Assembly: GCA_963704645.1 (NCBI GenBank)
Contig: OY969926.1
Location: 256,001 to 320,000, forward strand
Origin: an uncultured bacterium
Lineage (GTDB): Bacteria; Patescibacteriota; JACMRA01
Length of the DNA stretch: 64,000 bases
Direction of reading: 5' to 3'
The notes below the pieces were generated by a model. It ran no database searches, was not told the DNA's origin, and worked only from the letters and a program-made list of their open reading frames with translations. The translations under genes were made by a program, and so were the position numbers. Of the stretch, positions 57,521 to 64,000 are shown in pieces; position 1 is the first letter of the stretch, and each line of letters opens with the position of its first letter.

Positions 57521-58498
57521 ATGATTAACATCCATCAGCCCGTTTTGTTAGAACCAATATTAAAAATTTTTCAGCAGGAAATAGAAAACACTAATTCTGC
57601 GATGGTTTTTGACGGAACTTTTGGGGGAGGATCGTATTCAAAAGAAATGTTGAACCTGGGTTCAGAAGTATGGGCAACCGATTTAGATCCAATGGCAGAA
57701 GAGATTGCAGGTGAGATTAAAAAAGAGCTTGCAGGTGAGTCCGAAACTCAATCAAAAAACCAGCTGGAGACTTCTTCAAACACAAGAAATAAAAGCGACA
57801 GACTTCACTTCATAGCGGCAAACTTTGCTGAACAAATAAATAATTTTGAAGACAATTTATTAGATTTGGCAGTATTAGATTTAGGCTTTTCTTCCAATCA
57901 ATTAGAAATAGGTCAACACGGTTTTAGCTATTTACAGCAAGACCAGTTATTCGATTTACGGTTTAACCCTAATGAAGGTATACCAGCTTATGATTATATT
58001 TCCAAGCAAACAACAGACAAATTAGGTAGAACTATTTTTGAATTTTCTGGGGAAAGTATGGCCAGGAGAATTGCCGAAAGTTTAATTACAACTTGCAGAG
58101 CTGGTAAGTTCAAAAACTCCGATATTACTGAAGCTATCTTACAAGTTATTCCAGCTAAATTAAAGCATAAAAAATTTGGAATTTATAGCAGAGTTTGGCA
58201 GGCTCTACGCATTGCAATAAATGGTGAATTTGATTCACTAAATACTTTTTTAAAGTTGGCACCAAGTAAAATAAAAAAAGGTGGAATAATTGCTATTGTT
58301 TGCTTTCATTCGCTGGAAGATAAAATGGTTACAAAAACATTCAGAAACCTAGCTAGCCCAATAGAGGTAGATGACTTTGGAAACAAAGAGTTTAAATGGA
58401 AAATGCTTACTCCACACGCCATTTTACCAGAAGCAAAAGAGTTGGAAGAAAATAACAGAGCCAGAAGTGCAACATTAAGAATTATTAAGAAGCTGTAG
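57521..58498 (+). CDS. rsmH: 16S rRNA m4C1402 methyltransferase
   Basis: Motifs HQPVLL, DGTFGGG, DLGFSSNQL, QALRIAIN, FHSLED and N.RARSA.LR. Confidence 0.96.
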   Translation: MINIHQPVLLEPILKIFQQEIENTNSAMVFDGTFGGGSYSKEMLNLGSEVWATDLDPMAEEIAGEIKKELAGESETQSKNQLETSSNTRNKSDRLHFIAANFAEQINNFEDNLLDLAVLDLGFSSNQLEIGQHGFSYLQQDQLFDLRFNPNEGIPAYDYISKQTTDKLGRTIFEFSGESMARRIAESLITTCRAGKFKNSDITEAILQVIPAKLKHKKFGIYSRVWQALRIAINGEFDSLNTFLKLAPSKIKKGGIIAIVCFHSLEDKMVTKTFRNLASPIEVDDFGNKEFKWKMLTPHAILPEAKELEENNRARSATLRIIKKL

Positions 58499-58694
58499 GG
58501 TGAAAGGGGTGGTGCCTAATTCTACTTAATATTGTAAGTTTAAACTCACGAGCCTGCCTCTCTGAGCTTGTGATAGATTATCAAAAAGTAAAAACCTCTA
58601 AAGCTTACTTTACAAGCACAATTTTATATGCTTTCAATTGAAAGATGTGCAAAAGCACAACAAAATTGTCATTATTGAATCAAAGGAGAAAGTT

Positions 58695-58871
58695 ATGCCA
58701 TCAGGATACAGAGTATTAGCATTTATTTGTATCTCAGGGTTAGGTTGGTTATGTATATTGATGAGTGTTCATATATTTCATTCTAACAAAATTCATCGTG
58801 CCCAGGAAGAAATAAAGCTTGATAAAAAGGTTAATCCCCCTATTCTGGTAGACGGATTTCCAGTACAGTAA
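58695..58871 (+). CDS. Small membrane hypothetical protein
   Basis: AAGGAG before ATG 58695, one TM helix, and a terminator-like hairpin at ~58898-58934. Confidence 0.5.
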   Translation: MPSGYRVLAFICISGLGWLCILMSVHIFHSNKIHRAQEEIKLDKKVNPPILVDGFPVQ

Positions 58872-59021
58872 TTCCTAGCTATAATCCACCCCTCCCTAAG
58901 AACCCATTTCCATCTGGAGAAAGGTTCTTTTTTATTGGGTGGAAAAGCAAATTATGTTATTTACAAAACCTGTTTTGTATGCCATTAGTTTAATGCTAGT
59001 AATATTTTTGGGAGAATTGGC

Positions 59022-59615
59022 ATGAAGAAATTTCCACTATGGGCTAAATTGTTTATTTCCTGTTTAATTGTCTTTCTGTGTTTAGAATTGTTTGATGTTA
59101 CAAATTTTACTAATTTGAGACTTATTATCAAAAGCTTCAATCACACTGAAGATATATATATTAAAAGAGACTTCAAGAGTCTTAAAGCTCAGGCCACCAG
59201 AGGGGCAGAAGGGAAGTCTTTTCAAGATCAACCAGGAGATAGTCCTGAGTTCTATAAGCTTGTTTCACCCAAAACTGGTGAAATAGTTTTTTATGGCTCT
59301 AATGACTTTGATTTAACAGCATTTTTCTTTTCCAAAGATCGAAAATATAAGGGTTCAGTTGTCTTTAAGTTTGAACAAGCAATTGCAGATTATACTGAAG
59401 GTTTTTATAGAATTCCGCTTGAAGTGTATACACCACTAGGCGAGCCAAACTACGTTCCTAAAGATTTGTCTATAGGTTTCAGTAAAAACGGAAAATTGGC
59501 TATTATCTTGCCAATTGTTCTAGGTAAGAAAACATTAAATCTCCCAATGAAAGAGATTGGTGCAGTTGATACTGATAAGGAAGTACTTCTAACTTTTGAA
59601 AAAACTGGAGACTAG
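59022..59615 (+). CDS. Membrane-anchored hypothetical protein
   Basis: GGAG upstream, N-terminal TM helix, and terminator AGCCTA..TAGGCTTTTTTT at 59641-59664. Confidence 0.7.
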   Translation: MKKFPLWAKLFISCLIVFLCLELFDVTNFTNLRLIIKSFNHTEDIYIKRDFKSLKAQATRGAEGKSFQDQPGDSPEFYKLVSPKTGEIVFYGSNDFDLTAFFFSKDRKYKGSVVFKFEQAIADYTEGFYRIPLEVYTPLGEPNYVPKDLSIGFSKNGKLAIILPIVLGKKTLNLPMKEIGAVDTDKEVLLTFEKTGD

Positions 59616-59718
59616 AAATTATTTAGTTTACCAAAGCAACAGCCTATTAATTTAGGCTTTTTTTATGCCCAAAATTAGCTGCTTTGACAACCCTAAAAAC
59701 AGTTATCAAGCTGAAGTT

Positions 59719-60052
59719 AGGCTAGCTGGACGGTAGCGCCAATTTATTGGTGAGGAAAGTCGGGACACCGTTTAAATTTATTTAGATCACAGATGGCAGG
59801 CTAGTAATCTGCCGAGCGTAAGCTTAGGGAGTAGTTTAACTACTGAAAAGTGCAACAGAAAATATACCGCCAAAACCTTAAAAATTTTGGTAAGGGTGAA
59901 AACGTAAGGTAAAAGCTTACGCACTAAGTTTGGGTAACCAACAGTGTGGCAAACCCCATCTGGTGCAAGGTCAAGAATGGTCGACCGCGTTAGACAAATT
60001 ACCGTCTCCAGTATTCATACTGCTAGACAGAATCCCGCTTACAGGCTAGCCT
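59719..60052 (+). ncRNA. rnpB: RNase P RNA
   Basis: GAGGAAAGTC, GTGCAACAGAAA, GGGTGAAA, AAACCCC..GTGCAAG and AGACAGAATCCCGCTTA; terminal helix AGGCTAGC/GCTAGCCT. Confidence 0.95.
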
Positions 60053-60067
60053 TTAAAAAAATTTCAA

Positions 60068-61240
60068 ATGTCTGGAAATAAAAAAGAAAAAGCTAATCAA
60101 AAATTGGCTGAAAAAAATAATTCTAACAACTCCTCTAACCCTTCTTCTTTGCAAAAAACTTTTGGGGGAATTAAAATTGACTTTAGTTTAACTGAAAAAC
60201 AGAAACAATTTACTGCAGCCTTTTTTGCTATAATATTAGTTGCTGCAATTTCTTTTGGTGTTGCTTTTTACACCAATCCAAATTTCAAAAGCTTCATTTT
60301 CCAAGAAAAACAAGTAACTGACACTAAAATTGAAGGTTCAGAATTAGATGCTAATTTAGCCAATTTGGGTCAAAGTTTAACCAAGTTAAATGTAGACGAT
60401 ATATTATATGACATTATTAATTTAGAAGATTTACCAGTTTATCCTAAAGCTTGGGTGGAAAAGTTTTTTTCTTTATCTGAAAGACAAAATAGTTTAATAT
60501 CTGGCCCAAGTGCAGACCCAGATGTAGATGGTTTATCAAACAAGCAGGAATTCTTTTTTGGATCAAACCCGCGCAATAAAGACAGTTTGTGTTTAGGCAA
60601 AACTGACAGACCTGAATGTAAGGGCCAAACAGACGGACAGAATGTAGCCAATAATATTTCACCATTAACAGGAGGAGTTCTTAGCAAAAATAGATCTTTT
60701 AAAGTTAATAAGCAAAACTCTAAATTGTTAGACACACTTCAAAATTCATTTGAAAATTCTTCTAGGGAAGGTGTAGATTTTCCGTCTTTGTACCAGCTTA
60801 GTAAAGAAATAAATTTGGAAGATTATTTCAATTCCTTTAAAGTCAGTGGAGTTGAAGATAACCGTGATTCTTTTGGTAAATATTTGCAAATTAGAACCGA
60901 TATCATTCAAGGTTTTATTGAAGACTCCGAGCTTAATAGTTTAACAGAAATTTATGCTACCAATGATGTTTCACAATTAAATGTGGTTAAAGATTTATAT
61001 CAATCTAGGTTTGATACCTTAAAAAGTACGGCTGTACCAAACAGATACGTTCAGACACATAAAGCATATTTAGTAATATTTAGTAAAATTGTAGCATTAG
61101 TAGATTATCGTATTGCTGGAATTGGCGACAACACAATTGATAACGAAGATTACAAAACAGGAAGTAAAAAGCTGGCTGTAGAAACAGTTTGGGGCTATAA
61201 AAAACTTAGTGAAGAAATTGCAAAATTAAATGGAAAATAG
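60068..61240 (+). CDS. Membrane-anchored protein with a DxDxDG (TSP3-like) Ca-binding motif
   Basis: TM helix; motif ADPDVDGLSNKQEFFFGSNPRNKDS. Confidence 0.7.
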   Translation: MSGNKKEKANQKLAEKNNSNNSSNPSSLQKTFGGIKIDFSLTEKQKQFTAAFFAIILVAAISFGVAFYTNPNFKSFIFQEKQVTDTKIEGSELDANLANLGQSLTKLNVDDILYDIINLEDLPVYPKAWVEKFFSLSERQNSLISGPSADPDVDGLSNKQEFFFGSNPRNKDSLCLGKTDRPECKGQTDGQNVANNISPLTGGVLSKNRSFKVNKQNSKLLDTLQNSFENSSREGVDFPSLYQLSKEINLEDYFNSFKVSGVEDNRDSFGKYLQIRTDIIQGFIEDSELNSLTEIYATNDVSQLNVVKDLYQSRFDTLKSTAVPNRYVQTHKAYLVIFSKIVALVDYRIAGIGDNTIDNEDYKTGSKKLAVETVWGYKKLSEEIAKLNGK

Positions 61241-61297
61241 TTTAATGCTTTGTGGTATTGACAAAAAAAACATCCTAGCTCCAAATTAAGTCTAAGT

Positions 61298-61371
61298 GCG
61301 GGTATGGTTCAGTGGTAGAACACGACCTTGCCATGGTTGAGACAGGGGTCCGATTCCCCTTACCCGCTCCA
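61298..61371 (+). tRNA. tRNA-Gly(GCC)
   Basis: Acceptor GCGGGTA/TACCCGC, anticodon loop TTGCCAT and CCA; atypical T-loop TCCGATT. Confidence 0.93.
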
Positions 61372-61386
61372 ATTTTAAAAAATTTT

Positions 61387-61626
61387 ATGTCAGAAACATC
61401 AAAAAAGAACAAAACAGTTGCAATTTTATTAGCATTCTTCCTAGGAGGTTTAGGAATTCACAAATTTTACTTAGGCCAAATGGGATGGGGAATAGCTTAT
61501 ATAGTTTTTTGCTGGACTTTAATTCCTTCAATTGCAGCTTTCGTTGAGTTCATAATGTTGTTACTACAATCAGACTCAGATTTTGATAAGAAATACAATG
61601 AAGTAGCTCCAGTAACAGTAGCGTAA
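61387..61626 (+). CDS. TM2 domain protein
   Basis: Motif KNKTVAILLAFFLGGLGIHKFYLG. Start trimmed to ATG 61387 because the longer ORF overlaps tRNA-Gly. Confidence 0.92.
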   Translation: MSETSKKNKTVAILLAFFLGGLGIHKFYLGQMGWGIAYIVFCWTLIPSIAAFVEFIMLLLQSDSDFDKKYNEVAPVTVA

Positions 61627-61627
61627 T

Positions 61628-61909
61628 ATGCCAAATACCAAATCCGCCAAGAAAGCCTTAAGAGGTTCACTAAGAAAAAGAGAGTTTAATCTTGCTAGTA
61701 AAAATAAAATAAAAAGTTCTTTAAGAGATCTTAGAAAAAGTCTTGCAGTAGGAATTGAAGAATCTAGAGAGGCAATGTCTAAAGCATTTTCCGCCTTAGA
61801 TAAAGCAGTAAAAACCAATTTTATTCCTAAAGGAAGAGCTAACCGTAGAAAAAGTAGATTAGCTAAGCTTTTAGAAAAAACTTTTAACAAAGTTGAAGAA
61901 ACTAAGTAA
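61628..61909 (+). CDS. rpsT: 30S ribosomal protein S20
   Basis: Motif MPNTKSAKKALR...LDKAVK...ANRRKSRL. Confidence 0.96.
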   Translation: MPNTKSAKKALRGSLRKREFNLASKNKIKSSLRDLRKSLAVGIEESREAMSKAFSALDKAVKTNFIPKGRANRRKSRLAKLLEKTFNKVEETK

Positions 61910-62148
61910 GGTTTACCAGTTCTTAAAACTCTGACAGTTTATCCAAATTATCTCCCTTTTTGGGAGTTTTGGTTTTGTAGAAATATATTTATTTGCACTC
62001 TCTTCGTAGATGACATCCACAATTAATTTGAATTAAATTTAGGTGTTTTAATTATATTAGACTATCTTTGAAACCCCTCCTAAAATATTTGACATTTCCC
62101 TTTCAAAAAATACTTACTGCCTTAGGTGAATTTATAGGGAGGGTTTTT

Positions 62149-62880
62149 ATGAAATCTGCTGAAGAGTTGGAATTAATTGTCGCTAAACTTTTGAAACATA
62201 AACGGGGTTACTTATGTCCTTTACTCGGAGGAGATTCGACAGGGAAAACTGCTTTTTTAAATGCTTTATCGCAAAACTGTCCTTCAGCTACTGTGCTTTC
62301 CTGGCAGAAAACGGCTAAAGAATATTTTCAAAGTCTAGAAGGTTTTCCTAGTCATTATCAAGATTTTGGACTTGCTATTAGCAAATTCCTTAGGCCAAAA
62401 GAAAGAGCGGGAGTTTTATTCAAAGTATTACTCGAATGGATTAATACTGAAATCATTCCAGCTTTAAAAAGAGGTGAGGTGGTATTTGTAGATTCATACA
62501 TCTATCGGTTTATTGCCAAAGAATTTATCTTTTATGGCGAGGATGAGCTTTTAAGATTAATGCGTGCAGCTGAAATTCCAAAACCAGACCTTGTTATTTT
62601 AATTGATAACAACCCAGATTCTGCTCTATTTCTTATGAAAGGGGCACAACCAGAATTTTATGAAACCCATCCTAATATGGGAAGTGATTCCGAAAGTTTC
62701 AGCAGTTTTCAAACCATGGTTCACGAGCATTTTCTTTTTCTAATTGAAAGTGATGCTATTCCAATTGTTGTTCTTCCAAACTTACTTGAAGACTTGCATA
62801 ACAGAACAACTAAATGGGAGAATTGGAACGGTATTATCTACCAATATCTTGAAAACCATTTAATTTGTGTACCAGCTTAG
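62149..62880 (+). CDS. Thymidylate-kinase-like P-loop protein
   Basis: Motifs GGDSTGKT, VFVDSYIY and PKPDLVILID. Start taken as ATG 62149 after GGGAGGG (ORF track: 62068). Confidence 0.7.
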   Translation: MKSAEELELIVAKLLKHKRGYLCPLLGGDSTGKTAFLNALSQNCPSATVLSWQKTAKEYFQSLEGFPSHYQDFGLAISKFLRPKERAGVLFKVLLEWINTEIIPALKRGEVVFVDSYIYRFIAKEFIFYGEDELLRLMRAAEIPKPDLVILIDNNPDSALFLMKGAQPEFYETHPNMGSDSESFSSFQTMVHEHFLFLIESDAIPIVVLPNLLEDLHNRTTKWENWNGIIYQYLENHLICVPA

Positions 62881-62964
62881 TTTATTTCTGGTTGTTTAAA
62901 ACTTAAGACTCTTTAATTAGAGTCATTTTTTATTTTGAACTTTTATTGTATCTATTGCCAAATA

Positions 62965-63798
62965 TTAATAAGCTTCATCTGCGTCTTTAAAAACTTGTCT
63001 GAAGTTAAAGTAAGTATGACTAGATTCATCTAGCTCAATTATTTTCTTATCCTGAGTTTTAAAATAGGTAAATAAGGTTCTTCCTTCGTCTGCTGGAACG
63101 GTTAAATCTGTTTTGTATACAAATTGTCTTACAGGAATTTTAACTTCGCCTGCGTACTTTGCAGAGTTAAAAATATCACCGGCAAAAACACAGAAAATGC
63201 TGTACTGTCTAAAACACATACTTTGAACACTGGAAAAAGTGTTAGCTAGTAATAATTTCTTCGCTTTAGGTTTTTGGCTAGCTAAGTAAGTAGCAGGTGA
63301 ACCGCCTAGAGAGTGTCCAAAAATTAATATTTTTTCTTCTGGAATTTTCTTTACATTCACCAAATAATCGTAGGCTAAAACTGCTGTTTCTAAAGTTTTT
63401 TCTGGGGTAGGATTTCCTTCAGATTCGTGGTAACCTGGGTATGCGGGTGAAAGTACGGTTCCATACTGTTTTAAATCGGCAAAATAGTCTGCAATTCTGC
63501 CAGTGTTACCATGTAAATATAATACCACTTTGTCTGTTTTGGAATTTGGAAAATACCACATTGAAATGTTTTCTCCAGCTTTGTTTCGCACAAAATTTAA
63601 TTCATAGCCATAAGCAGGAACAGGAGCTAAGCTAATTTTATTGTTGAAAACTAAACTTGCTGCTTGGCCGTATAAATAAAAGGAAATTATCAGCCATAAA
63701 ATTAATAAAATGCTAACTAAAGAAACCCAGAATTTCCAGCTGGTTAGCTTACTTTTAAATTTGTCAGCATTAAAATTTTTTAAAGTTGAAGAAAACAT
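62965..63798 (-). CDS. Alpha/beta hydrolase (BEM46/ABHD13-like)
   Basis: N-terminal TM helix; motifs LYLHGN, YPGY..SEG.P and GHSLGG. Confidence 0.92.
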   Translation of the reverse strand: MFSSTLKNFNADKFKSKLTSWKFWVSLVSILLILWLIISFYLYGQAASLVFNNKISLAPVPAYGYELNFVRNKAGENISMWYFPNSKTDKVVLYLHGNTGRIADYFADLKQYGTVLSPAYPGYHESEGNPTPEKTLETAVLAYDYLVNVKKIPEEKILIFGHSLGGSPATYLASQKPKAKKLLLANTFSSVQSMCFRQYSIFCVFAGDIFNSAKYAGEVKIPVRQFVYKTDLTVPADEGRTLFTYFKTQDKKIIELDESSHTYFNFRQVFKDADEAY

Positions 63799-64000
63799 AT
63801 TATTATTAGTTGATACAACTTAGCTATTTTTTAGAAGGTTAATTGTCAATGCTAAAAGGGTTTAAATCTGAGCGTAACATCGCCTCAAGCAATCACTAAA
63901 TCTACCTTGATGTTTACATGGATTGTGATTTAACGAGCGTTGAGTATTGATAATTAAAATTTCCACCAACATCAAACCTAAAAAACAATTAGTAAAACTA

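Noticed and set aside
1-64000. CRISPR array
   Set aside because: No run of equal-length repeats with unique spacers was seen and no cas genes are present; the repeats found are intragenic or occur only in pairs.

Overview
AT-rich bacterial chromosome segment in the standard genetic code, most consistent with a Patescibacteria/CPR-type reduced genome. The taxonomy is inferred from gene content and from shortened or eroded core proteins. The left half (1-31 kb) is accessory and rich in light and oxidative-stress genes: an ECF sigma/fasciclin/membrane-protein unit, two convergent atypical photolyases, glutathione peroxidase and folate-type genes. It also holds a 2655-aa RCC1/Ig surface protein, a bestrophin-like gene directly upstream of a schizorhodopsin-type rhodopsin, and two toxin-antitoxin-like pairs downstream of a long tmRNA with a 35-residue tag. 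A single-gene nuclease cassette sits between two copies of the 3' end of an ArsC/Spx-family gene. The right half is mostly core or envelope genes: gatC, glycosyltransferases, comF, a multidomain peptidoglycan-hydrolase-like gene with an apparent frameshift, rmuC, tsaB, tgt, pheT, rsmH, rnpB, rpsT and four tRNAs. I saw no CRISPR array, integrase, transposase or reverse transcriptase. All family calls are by motif recognition only, without database searches.
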